This document shows, one piece after another, positions 21,692 through 32,491 of a DNA stretch of 64,000 nucleotides; positions within the stretch are counted from its first letter, which is position 1, and every line of letters begins with the position of its first letter. Source of the DNA: Flectonema sp. DT1601. Taxonomy: Eukaryota. The notes under the pieces are model-generated. The model saw only the letters and a list, made by a program, of their open reading frames with translations. It was not told where the DNA came from and made no database searches. The stretch is from the NCBI GenBank assembly GCA_964019425.1, contig OZ025780.1, forward strand, positions 1,798,001 through 1,862,000, written 5' to 3'. The translations under genes were made by a program, and so were the position numbers.

Positions 21692-22753
21692 ATGCCGAAA
21701 GATATTCAGGGGAGCTCTGCTTTTAATACTGGAAGCGGTCCTTACCGCCCGCCAGAGTTTTTCGACTCTGGGGCCTACTTAAAAGGAGATATCGATAAAT
21801 GGCACGGACAATCAAGAATGGTAGCACAAGGTGGGTATAAGAGACTAAAAAAAATGGAAGAGGGAATCCTGCTAGTCAGGTTCGAGCTTCCAGTAGATGT
21901 TTGGTGCAGTAAATGTGAAGGAATAATTGTATTGGGAACTCGTTACAACGACGCCGAAAAGACGAGGGCTGGAAAGTATTTTTCAACTCCGATATACGAC
22001 TTTCACTTTAAGCATAATTGTGGAAATACAATTTGCATTCAAAATGATCCAAAGAACGCGACTTATAACGTTACCAAGGGAGGAACACGGAGGATAACAG
22101 AATTCGATAAAGAAGTGATAAACAAGAAGCATAATGATCCCATCGCAAGGGCTGTTAAGAGAGAACAAGCAAAAGTAGTAATTCAGAGTGATCGAGAAAA
22201 CCTTATCCAGCTGCGAACCAAGACAAAGAGCGTAGCTGATACAAGCAGATTACTACTCAGCAGACATAAAGAACTTCATGGCCTCTACATAACAAATCGA
22301 AATGATAATTTGTTATTAGGCAAACCCACTGAAGCTGATTTCGCGAACGCTCGAGGAGTTGTTTTTAATAATAAAAAACCGATTTCGGTTGCTGCTAAAA
22401 TTGCTCTCATGAAAGAAGCAAAAACCAGTCAGAGTGACAAAATCGGAACAAAAAAAGAGAAGAAAACGAACCACCACTACGACGTTGTGTTTCAGACTTC
22501 TGCTGACGCCGAATATCAACTTCCACAAACTCCATATAAAGTTCCACGAAAAGCGACGCATTCTCAAGTTTCTCAATTTGTTGATGCGATTACTGGAGCT
22601 CACACCAGAAGGAATTATAAATTTCAACTTCCTTCCGATCAAATGTTTACAAACGTTTCTGGTTCATTATCGAAAGTCATTAAATCTGCGAATCCAGCGA
22701 TTAATACCAAGAAATCGATCATTATCACGTACGACTGCTTACCTGAAACTTAA
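21692..22753 (+). CDS. Saf4/Yju2-family splicing factor (CCDC130/YJU2B-like) with putative C-terminal NLE ubiquitin-like domain
   Basis: PPEFFD, VRFELPVDVWCSKC, GTRYNDAEK..GKYFSTPIYDF.F...C...I.IQNDPKNATY....GGTR match the family core. Confidence 0.85.
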   Translation: MPKDIQGSSAFNTGSGPYRPPEFFDSGAYLKGDIDKWHGQSRMVAQGGYKRLKKMEEGILLVRFELPVDVWCSKCEGIIVLGTRYNDAEKTRAGKYFSTPIYDFHFKHNCGNTICIQNDPKNATYNVTKGGTRRITEFDKEVINKKHNDPIARAVKREQAKVVIQSDRENLIQLRTKTKSVADTSRLLLSRHKELHGLYITNRNDNLLLGKPTEADFANARGVVFNNKKPISVAAKIALMKEAKTSQSDKIGTKKEKKTNHHYDVVFQTSADAEYQLPQTPYKVPRKATHSQVSQFVDAITGAHTRRNYKFQLPSDQMFTNVSGSLSKVIKSANPAINTKKSIIITYDCLPET

Positions 22754-23033
22754 ATTTCTAAACTACTATCCTTCAATTGATTCGCGCTGTATTATTTTCC
22801 GCTTTTTTTTCAAATTGCGTTAACGGAATTTGAAAGAAGCTCCTCTGAAAGATATTTAAACCGACCGATTTTTGTTTAATAAAATAGCTAGTCTCACAGG
22901 TAGATAAAATTAAAGAGCAATTTAGGTTACTTTGATGTGGATTAGTTGGTAGAAAATCAAAACGGAATTATTTCTCATCTACAGCGGAGCCTGAAAATGC
23001 TTATCGCCCTAAATTAAATCCTTTCAAAGTAGA

Positions 23034-25007
23034 ATGACAGAAACAGCGAACGGAGAAGTAGAGGGATTGGGGAGTTCGAAAGCGAATGAGCACTACATGG
23101 CAGGTCTAACACACGTGAAAAACCAGAATTTCGGTCATGCCTATCAGTGTTTTACGAGAGCGATATTCTTACTTCCCGAAGAACCGATTTTATACGTGGC
23201 GAGGGCAGAGGTTTGTGTCAATCAGTTCGACTTGGTGAGCGCTGTGGCGAATTATAAAAAAAGTATTTCACTTCAAAAACAACCTGAGGCAAGCCACAGA
23301 CATCGCCTTGCTGCTCTTCTTGACTCTTTGGGACTACTCGCTTTCAACAGAAGTAAGTTCGATAGGGCACTTGCATTTTTTGATTCCGCCATTCAATACA
23401 CACCAACAAACAAGACGGTGAGGTTACACAGATCACTTACACTTTTTATGTTAAGTAGACACGAAGAGGCTTTAAGAGATTGTGAGATCTGTGAAGGAGT
23501 TGAACAGTGTATCCCATACGTGTGGATTGTAAAAGGTGTTTTCCACTTGATGGCTAAGCGATTTCCAGAGTCGAAAGCATCGATTGAAAAATGTCTTTTA
23601 ATTTCATCAGAAACAGGATTAGTATCGAGTTTGGAAATGATGTTCGAAACGGTTTTCAATCGCTACAAGAACGAAGCAACCATATCAATGGAAGACCACC
23701 AGTGGAGAGAAGCAATTGTTGTTCTAAATAATTGCATTGATACTTTTCCACACGATCCTGAATTATACCGAACCCGATCTCGCTGTCATGTTGCTCTGAA
23801 GGAGTACACCTCAGCAGTGCAAGACATATTCGATAATATTAATAAAAGTGGAATGACGACAGAGCAATCATCAAGTCAATTGTCAGAGACCTTAACTTTA
23901 ATTGCTGCAGAACTATTCGAAAAGGGATCATTTCATCAAAGTATTAATTACTGCGATGAGGCGTTAAAGTGGGATCCTGACGGTATAAGCACTCTTATTC
24001 AACGCGCTGAATGTCACAAAGCAATTGGAGAACATGATGCGTCTCTTCGAGATTTAAAGAGAGTGCTCGAGATAGAACCTGACCATTTAGAAGGGTTGTG
24101 GAGATTATCTCAGCTACACTCGACATGGGGAATGATGTTATACAATGATAAGAAGTTTAAATTAGCAGAACATGAGTTTACAAGAGCCATAACTTATTGG
24201 GAAAATGAACCGTATCATCACATAAACAGAGCGAAGTGTTTAATGATGATGCAGCAACCAGCTGCAGCTATTCGTGAATACGTCGCTTGCTGGAAACTAA
24301 ATCCAAGAGATCCAACTGTAATAAAACTACTGAGACAAGTGTGTCCTCCGGAATTTTGTAAACAAGTTGCATCTCAGACTCATGGGAAAACCTTGAGACC
24401 ACTTGGTAACAGCGGGATTATGATCGCTCCTTCTCCTCCTTTACAGCAGTCAATGTTTGGAAGGAGAAGTAGTAAATCTGGCGGGAACAAAATTCAAAAA
24501 GGAAGTTCATACTCGAAGGGATTCTTCTGCAGTGGAACTGCGCAGATCTCGTTATCGTCTTCGAAAGAAAACAATTCCAGAAGGGGTCTTCGTGTTGTAA
24601 ACACTTCTCTCAGTCGGCTTCCCATTCAAACAGTCAGACTGGCGCATGACCCGAACGGGACCTTAACTCCGTTGGGCCCTCCAAAAAGAATTCTCTGCGA
24701 TGAGACATATCAACAAAAGGCCGCACCCAGTACGGGTGATGAGCAGTACACTAATTTCAAAAAGGGAGTGAACACTGAAATGTATGATCTCAGAATGGAG
24801 AAAGGAATTCTATGCGACCCGTATGGTGTTACAGCTATCCGAGGACTCGTTCAGCAACAACATAATATCTCCAATGAGGTTGTTAAAGCTGGGGGACAGA
24901 AGCTTCCAAGCGTCCACTGGAAAGGAGCGAAGAATGGAGCAAAGGTTGAATCAACTCACTCGTACGATCCTTACCACTCACTGAAGATATCGCGAGAGCC
25001 AATGTAA
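23034..25007 (+). CDS. Tetratricopeptide-repeat protein, TTC16-like
   Basis: Multiple TPR motifs over about the first 430 aa (e.g. FTRAIFLLPEEPILYVARAEV, FTRAITYWENEPYHHINRAKC), followed by a disordered tail. Confidence 0.8.
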   Translation: MTETANGEVEGLGSSKANEHYMAGLTHVKNQNFGHAYQCFTRAIFLLPEEPILYVARAEVCVNQFDLVSAVANYKKSISLQKQPEASHRHRLAALLDSLGLLAFNRSKFDRALAFFDSAIQYTPTNKTVRLHRSLTLFMLSRHEEALRDCEICEGVEQCIPYVWIVKGVFHLMAKRFPESKASIEKCLLISSETGLVSSLEMMFETVFNRYKNEATISMEDHQWREAIVVLNNCIDTFPHDPELYRTRSRCHVALKEYTSAVQDIFDNINKSGMTTEQSSSQLSETLTLIAAELFEKGSFHQSINYCDEALKWDPDGISTLIQRAECHKAIGEHDASLRDLKRVLEIEPDHLEGLWRLSQLHSTWGMMLYNDKKFKLAEHEFTRAITYWENEPYHHINRAKCLMMMQQPAAAIREYVACWKLNPRDPTVIKLLRQVCPPEFCKQVASQTHGKTLRPLGNSGIMIAPSPPLQQSMFGRRSSKSGGNKIQKGSSYSKGFFCSGTAQISLSSSKENNSRRGLRVVNTSLSRLPIQTVRLAHDPNGTLTPLGPPKRILCDETYQQKAAPSTGDEQYTNFKKGVNTEMYDLRMEKGILCDPYGVTAIRGLVQQQHNISNEVVKAGGQKLPSVHWKGAKNGAKVESTHSYDPYHSLKISREPM

Positions 25008-26246
25008 ACATATTTTTTTTTTAAAATTTTTTTTCCCCCTATTATTTGTTTGAATTCTTTTAGTAAATTGATTGATTTGATAATTTATTTACTTATTTAT
25101 AACTGCCACTATAGACAAGCATTTTAAGGTAATCGTTATAAGGTGAACCCTACACTCTGCTGTATTACAACCCGATTCTGAACTGCACTGAATGACAACA
25201 CAGAAGAGATGTATACAGAAAGTTAGAAATAATTATTATAACGTAGAGTCTGTTGTGATATTTGTTGATTGTTTGCCTTTACCTTTGTTATAAATTACTA
25301 AATGATATGTATTGCTTACTTTTGATACAATATTTATATCATTATAATTTATTATTATTTTTATAAATAAGTTCGAACAGTTTAACAGTCTTGTCGATTG
25401 TCTGTTTCGCTAATTTGTTTAATTGTTGTCGTTTATTTCTGTTTTTAATTCTTTTTTTGCAACTTATTTACTCTACTTTTTATTACTTCTGTAATGATGA
25501 CACTCGGGTTGTTCATAAGTGATATTTTCTGAAACTATATTTCTAAAAGGTACACAAGCCTAATTATAATGAGGAATGTAGCGATGAGGGAGGTTGAAGA
25601 AGCTCTGCGAGCAGACAGATTGCAAGGGAAGCTTTAGGGATCCTTGGCTCTTTTCGTGTGCCAATATGAATGGTTATTGTCTGACAGTTTTATTGATTGA
25701 TGACTGAGATCGATTTGTTCTGTTCTACTCTTTCTTACTGTGATTACTCTTACCTCTCTTCCGTCTTTAGACTTCAGTTGATAAAATTAATTAAATAACT
25801 TCTGGTTTATCATGTGTTCTTTACTTCATTGCAGATCATGGTGAAGAGCTTACGAATCTGCTCTTATGAGATTTTCCGATGGTATTTCTTTGCCCTCAAG
25901 CGAGCGGGTTATGTTTGCATTAAGGTTCTTAACTCTCTTCGGTCGGGGGGGTGAGCTTAGGAATTATTGATAAAAGCAGGAAAAATCTGATAAAAGAGTG
26001 AACACTTTAAATTTTTATTTTCAATAATGCATATCTCGCGAACTTGTAATAAATAAAAAGTTGCTTCTATATCGGCGGACTTGTATTTCATGTCATTGAG
26101 ACCACCGAAAATTGGTAGAATACCAAGCTCAACTAAGATGGCTATCGCTGATTCCTCCAAACCCATCTCGGAGCTAGTTCATGCTTTTGCACCCTCTGCA
26201 TCAGAGGTGACTACGATCTTTGTGAGCAAATACAGATAACTACAAC

Positions 26247-26870
26247 GCCGCTGACTTTAGGTTATTAATTTGTTGTTTGTTCTGTTAGTTTGTTTGCAAT
26301 CATTCTTTCTTCTTTTTGTTATCAGGAAGGACATGTCACAAGTGATGTGGTGGAGAGGAAGTGGGGGGAGGAGAGTAAGTTAAGTGGAAAATGGTACCAC
26401 TTGCCGTGTGATGGAAGGAGGGATCGTTGAGAGGGCTTTACGGTGATGGTGACATGAGAGGGTGTTTGCTTTTGTAACTTTTGTATATATTTCATATTCT
26501 TAAATACAGGAGCAGAACTAATGATGAAGTGAGCGTTTAACCTCCTTGTGTGTTTGTGCGTGAGTGTGTGTTGTGAAGTGTTGTGTGTTGAAACTCTGAC
26601 GAGTTCTTATTACCCTTTGTGTGTGTTTTGTGTGTTCATATGTGTAGTTTGAGTAGTATGTTGGTTAGTGTGTTGTGTGTTCATATGTGTGGTTTGAGTG
26701 TTCGTGTTTCGTATTTGAGTTCCTGCTATGGTTTGTGTGTGTTGCGTGTTTCGGAGGTGCGAATGTCGAATGTGTGTGGAACTATTATTTCGTTTGCCTT
26801 CCTTGATTTTTCTGAATTTGTTCTTCGTGCTGTGATTTGTGGTGAAGTTGAATTGTGTTGTTTGGTGGGA
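26247..26870 (+). repeat. Left terminal copy of the unit-leading repeat (LTR-like direct repeat)
   Basis: About the first 220 nt are near-identical to 31585 onward; the GT-rich remainder is diverged. Confidence 0.85.
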
Positions 26871-27092
26871 ATGTTTGAGAAGAGGAAAATAATTTATTGA
26901 ATTGTTTTGATTTATTTGCCGTCACCTGTTTAGTCAATTCTCACGTTAGTGGTGTGTCTTCCCTGATTACCGTAGTGTGTGAACTCGACTTGAACTTGAT
27001 TAAGTACTTAACAATACTAGAAATGTGTGTCTCTCTTTTTAAGTAAGTTCCCTTTTTTTCAGTGTCATCGTAAAACAAAACATCGCTCAAGG

Positions 27093-28419
27093 ATGATGAT
27101 TGTTGCAATGGCCGTGTTGTCGCTTATTGCTACCCCGATAATCTGGTTATCGGAGGCGGAAGCAAAACGATCTGTTCTGCACAGGAGTTTCCGGGAACCG
27201 ACGCCGCAAGAAGCGTTGATGGAATATCGCACGCAAGTTATGATGAGGAAGTACGTTCAGGGGTTACTTGAACTGCAAGAGCGCATGTTCCGCGAGAGGG
27301 CGAGGAAGGTGACCGAGTGGGTGGAGATGCGGAGGGAGAAGACTGCTGCTTGGAAGAGGGAGGAGAGAAGACAGATGATGGAAAGGCATTCCGCATGGAA
27401 GTTGTGCGGTGAACCCACATCGGATTGTAGTTTCCAGCATGCTTCCGTACGCAGTGGAACCTACACGCACATTGGTGGCAACGGTGGCAGCGTCAACACG
27501 TCGCTGGTTGGAAAAGGAGCACCTTATGCTGCACGCACCACTGTCGACTCCACGTCGTCGCAAATGGAATATAGTACTTGTCTCCTGATTCTGAGAATGT
27601 TCAGAGTTCTGGTGCAGTGGTTCATCAGGATTCATAACGACATGGCAGAAGCGCTTCGCCGTTCACTGTGTCTTTTGAACTTTGGTGTTGACTTCCTCAG
27701 ATTGATCGTCATCATTTCTCGACTTTCTGAGTCAGTGCTGTCGAGTTGGAAGCAAGCTGTCTTCGGACTTCATGCAATTCACAGCAATGCAAGTTCCGCG
27801 GGGCCCTCGTGTTTTTGCGGCTGCGCTTGAGCTCGAGTGTGTCAGGTTTGCTGACCTCGTAATGGCTTGGGTGAATGAAGCAGCCAGTTCAGCGGCTGAC
27901 TTCATGTTCTCTGTACTTTCTCTGTTTGATCGGTTTCTCTTGTTTTCGAGAAGCGTTCGCTCCGAACTGGAGGCATGTTTCCTTTCTTTTTTTGCTGGAC
28001 CCATTGGTGCTTATCGCTCGGTCGAGGCAGATCTGAAGTCTGCGTCCGAGGTGATTCGCGGGGGGTTCGGGAAAGTGGTTGCATGTACGGAGATTGCTGA
28101 CCAGAGTGTTAAGCTGTTTTGCATCAATCACCGGATTGATCAGAGCAAGAAACACTTGGAACGCATCTTCAGGGGATGGAAAGTCGAGGCGGCAGCCGTA
28201 GTCAATAAAGTTGACATTAAGTATTTGTTTGAAGCTGTCGCCGCGCTTTCCGATGCCTGTTCTTTTCTTCTTTGGATTGTTTTGTTGTTGGTATTGCTCT
28301 CCTTTGAAATTGTCAATTTCTTGGGTTTGTTTGCCGGCATGAGTAGCGGAGAAAAAAGGAAGTTTCGGCTTGCGCAGCAGCTGTTTGCGGCTTGTGTTTT
28401 TCATGTTTGTTGTCGTTAA
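27093..28419 (+). pseudogene. Frameshifted or split gene for a predicted membrane protein occupying the cassette slot of unit 0
   Basis: Signal-like N-terminus MMIVAMAVLSLIATPIIWLS and a charged helix. The frame ends at 27830 while an overlapping +1 frame (open 27706..28419) continues to a TM segment FLLWIVLLLVLLSF. Acceptor tttttcAG at 27062. Confidence 0.5.
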
Positions 28420-28795
28420 ATAAATTCTGTTGTTGTTTGAAAAAAACAGCAGCCCAACAAAAAAAAAAAGCAAAACCAAAACCAAAACCAAAACCAAAAA
28501 AAAAAAAAAAATAATAATAATAAGCGACCTTTGTACCAACTTCCCTTTAACCCAATTAATATGTGCGTATAATTATTCAAAAAAAAAAAAGAAACAAAAA
28601 CGATCGACTCCAACAAAAAAAAAAAAAAAAAAAGAAATTCAAAACAAAAAGAATGTACCGCACACTTTTCTTTTTTTTTTTTTTTTTTTTCCTCCTTTCA
28701 TTTTTTTCATCCATCCTCCTCCTTGTTTTCCTTCCTGTTATGAAGAAAAATACCGTATTAAACTTTGAAGAAAATTAACTAACTCTGCCATGAGA

Positions 28796-28832
<37 letters not shown>

Positions 28833-29631
28833 ATGTTTTTTTTTCGTTTGAAGTTCAAAGAAAAATGGTTCTGTCTTTTTTTTTTTTAGTTGTTTTCTAG
28901 TTTTTAGATGCCGCTTCTTCATTTCTGACAGCTGCAATTGCATTGCTGCTTTTGTGAATTAAGATAGGTGAGATGGATTTCCTTTACACGAACTTCTCTT
29001 TTCTTTTTTTTTTTTCCCCCGACAAGTAGTAGTAGAAAGTACGGGCCATTCACATCTGGGTTAGTAAGTTGTTGTCGTTGTCGTTGTCGTTGTTGTTGTC
29101 TTGTCGTCGAGCGAGAGAGTACAACTACTCTCTCGGCCGATAGACATTTTCATTTTCATTTTCATTTTTCTCATAACCAACAACAAGAAATTTTCTTTAA
29201 CAACACGGGGACGAGATGTGAATGGTCTTTTGGAGAATTGTGTCGGATTTTATTTTATTTTATTTCATTTTTTTTGCTGGCACACGAAAACTAATAAACG
29301 CACTGAAAGAAGGAAAACCGGAACCCGGAAGTTGCAACTCCGATGCTCTGGCTCTTCACTTCGACGAACAACAAAAGGCTGAAAAGAGAGAATATTATTA
29401 TTTTCTTGATTTGCTTTGAGATTGTGGAGTTTTTGTGTCCAATTTTTCATTTCTTCTTTTCAATTTAACAAAAAATAAAAATAAAGAAACCTTAAAAAAT
29501 TTAAAAAACAAAAAAAGATCCCATCCCTCGGTACCAGTCGCGGAAAAAACGTTTATTTTCTCTTGGCAGTGCACGTCTGGAGAGACGACCTGCAAAGGCT
29601 CTCTCTCTCTGGCATTCACCCATGAGGAGAT

Positions 29632-30008
29632 TGTATACCTTTCTTTACTTTGTTTTTTATACCTTTCTTAACTTTGTTTTGTATACCTTTCTTTATTTGT
29701 TTTGTATACCATTCTTTACTTTGTTTTGTATACCTTTCTTAACTTTGTTTTATATACCTTTCTTTATTTGTTTTGTATACCTTTCTTTATTTGTTATGTG
29801 TACCATTCTTTGCTTTGTTTTGTATACCTTTCTTAACTTTGTTTTATATACCTTTCTTTATTTGTTTTGTATACCTTTCTTAACTTTGTTTTATATACCT
29901 TTCTTAACTTTGTTTTATATACCTTTCTTTATTTGTTTTGTATACCTTTCTTTATTTGTTTTGTGTACCTTTCTTTGCTTTGTTTTGGATACCTTTCTTT
30001 ATTTGTTT
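29632..30008 (+). repeat. Minisatellite, about 16 copies of a 23-24 nt unit (TACCTTTCTT[TA/AAC]TTTGTTTT[G/A]TA)
   Basis: Read directly. Further copies at about 34731-35107, 39844-40220, 44967-45343, 50068-50444, 55185-55561 and 60314-60690. Confidence 0.92.
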
Positions 30009-30309
30009 CCGCGGGAGGGAAGGCGCACGCTGCCGACCGATCCCCCCGCTCCAATGTTGTTCTCGTTGATGTTGTGGATGTGATGGTCCAGTCTGCTGTC
30101 TTCCTTTTTTTTTTTCCCCTTCTCTTTTCTCTCACTCTCTCGCGGTGGCAAGTGCTCTGGTCTTTTGAGAGGCTGGGAAAAAGGAAAACCAGTTTTGCTG
30201 ATTTTCACCCTTTTTTTTTGTTTTTACTGCGAGAGAGACGGAACGAGAGATACAGAGAGAGAGAGAGAGAGAGTGACAATGCAAAGAAAACAAAACTGAC
30301 CTTTTACGT

Positions 30310-30312
<3 letters not shown>

Positions 30313-30361
<49 letters not shown>
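30313..30361 (+). repeat. (GA)n microsatellite of variable length in each array unit; (GTTGTC)n at about 31160-31198 also varies
   Basis: Read directly; the length variation changes the spurious RE-repeat and poly-Val ORF lengths between units. Confidence 0.9.
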
Positions 30362-30368
<7 letters not shown>

Positions 30369-30936
30369 AAAAAAACAATTTCACCCTGGTTTTGTTTGTG
30401 CTGCTCCTCGATCATAGGGATACTCTTGCGGCAGTTGTCGAGTATCCCGTAAAAACTACCACAACAAAAACAACAAAAACATTTACCAACTCGATTCTCA
30501 CTTCCTGTTCCTTGGTGAGTTTTAGCAAAAGCTGACCAACTCGACTCACGCAGCAGCTGCAGTTCCTCGCCGAGACGGAACCAGCCTCAATGATCCGAGT
30601 TGAGCGCCCACTCAGTTGGTCATCGGAGTGTAGTTATCAGCGGATTTCCTGGTTTCTCGCACAGAGAGCCAGGTTTCCCAACATAGCAACGCTTGTGGCA
30701 AAACTTGTCGTGGGAGGCTACTCGGGATTGGAGGTTGGCAGGTAAATGGGGGAAGCGAATGAAGAGAGGAGGAGACGCACGAGAGAGAATGGCAATATGT
30801 ATGCGAGTGAGCCAGCTGCTGTGCTGCTGTGATTTGATTGGTATTTTTGCTAAGCAGTGTATTTCTTGCTCTGTGAACTGTTTTTGATGTTCAGGACGTG
30901 TTCATATTACTGAGGAAGGAGCCACCATCTGAGATC

Positions 30937-30968
<32 letters not shown>

Positions 30969-31159
30969 GGTGGTGTGCGGTTAAATCTCTAATTTTGGTA
31001 AATGAAATTCAATCTTTTGCAGCAATATACTTATCGTCTCTCTCTCTGTGACATTTTCGATTTAGAAAAAGTAAAATCCTGTGATCAGTACTGCTTTCAT
31101 TCGTCACCCATGTGGGTTGTTGTTGTCTTGTCTTTTTTCTTCTTTTTTTTCGTGCCTGC

Positions 31160-31198
<39 letters not shown>

Positions 31199-31799
31199 GA
31201 TGACGGCCTCACGGCAGTTACAAGTCTTCGGGAGTGGGGGGTTGTGTGATTCCTTCTTCACGCAGGAGTCACGCCCCCCTGGTGAGAAATAATAATAATA
31301 AAACTAACAATGATAATGATAATATTGTACTTTTGTATAGGTACTGTATTGTAATAACGCGATTGTTTTGCAATGTAATCAGTTCACTTTCACATTTCAA
31401 TTCCCCAAATGACCTTCCCGGCGCAACATTTCTTTATTTTCTTTTTTTTAAATAATTTTTATAAACACTTTCTTTTCGTTGATTTCGTACCTTTCTTTTA
31501 AAGTCTAGCGAATGGCATTCCTTCCGTGGTGATTCCCCTGAACGCACAAACAAATACGCCTTGCGTGTCGGGGGGAAAGGTTTTGCCGCTGACTTTAGGT
31601 TATTAATTTGTTGTTTGTTCTGTTAGTTTGTTTGCAATCATTCTTTCTTCTTTTTGTTATCAGGAAGGACATGTCACAAGTGATGTGGTGGAGAGGAAGT
31701 GGGGGGAGGAGAGTAAGTTAAGTGGAAAATGGTACCACTTGCCGTGTGATGGAAGGAGGGATCGTTGAGAGGGCTTTGCGGTGATGGTGACATGAGAGG

Positions 31800-31848
31800 G
31801 TGTTTGCAATTTTGTAACTTTTGTATATTTTTCAATTTTTTTTAACAG
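31800..31848 (+). promoter_or_regulatory. Putative trans-splice acceptor (T-rich tract + acAG) in the unit-leading repeat
   Basis: ttttgtatatttttcaattttttttaacAG|gagc. The acAG|gagc junction is retained in the diverged copy at 26509. Confidence 0.45.
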
Positions 31849-32491
31849 GAGCTGAACTTATGATGAGGTGAGCAGAAGCTTCACTAAACCTCCTCGCGGT
31901 GTGTGTGTATGCATGTATGTGTGTGTTGTGTGTTGTGTATTGTTTGTTGAAACTCTGACGAGTTCTCATTACCCTTTGTGTGTGTGTTGTGTGTTCATAC
32001 GTGTAGTTTGAGTGCTCGTGTGTCTGTGTCAGATGTTTCTGTGAAACTATTTCTTTTGCCTTCCTTGGTTTTACTGAACTTGTTCTTCGTGTTGTGATTT
32101 GTGATTTGTGGTGAAGTTGTTGTGTTGTGTTTGTGTTGGAATTAAGTGTCGTGTTGTTTAACTCTGATGAGTTCTTATTGTGGTTTGAGTGCTCGTGATT
32201 TTTGCACGTGTTTCGTTTTTGAGTGCCCATTGGTTTGTGTGTGTCGCGTGTCCCGGGGGGTGGGGATGTTTGATGTGTGTGTGGAACTATTTCTTATTGA
32301 TTGTTAACCATAAATCTGCTTTTTAAGATTTTACACCTTTCCTTGATTGAACTGAACTTGCTTCGTGTTGTGATTTGTGGTGAAGTTCGATAAGTGACGT
32401 GGGAGTGGAATGCTTTATGTGGGTATGTTTTTGTTATATCAATATTTCCCGCCTTCAGCCGCAAACAGTTTTTTTTATTAAAAAAAAAAAA

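Noticed and set aside
29632..30008. CRISPR-like appearance of the 23-24 nt repeats
   Set aside because: Repeats are contiguous with no unique spacers, there are no cas genes, and the context is eukaryotic.
29622..30535. 153-aa and 191-232-aa ORFs (YTFL/CIPF and RE repeats) in each unit
   Set aside because: Stop-free frames produced by the minisatellite and (GA)n; lengths and frames change with microsatellite slippage.
31002..31455. Poly-Val, RQ-repeat and poly-Thr ORFs
   Set aside because: Translations of the (GTTGTC)n microsatellite.
31888..31900. ACCTCCTCGCGGT, resembling the P3/L3 of HDV-type ribozymes
   Set aside because: No P1 partner for the following GTGTGTG, no GG for P1.1, and not conserved in the unit 0 copy.
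31948..32050. Hammerhead-like words CTGACGA / GAAAC
   Set aside because: Stems II and III cannot be formed in the required order.
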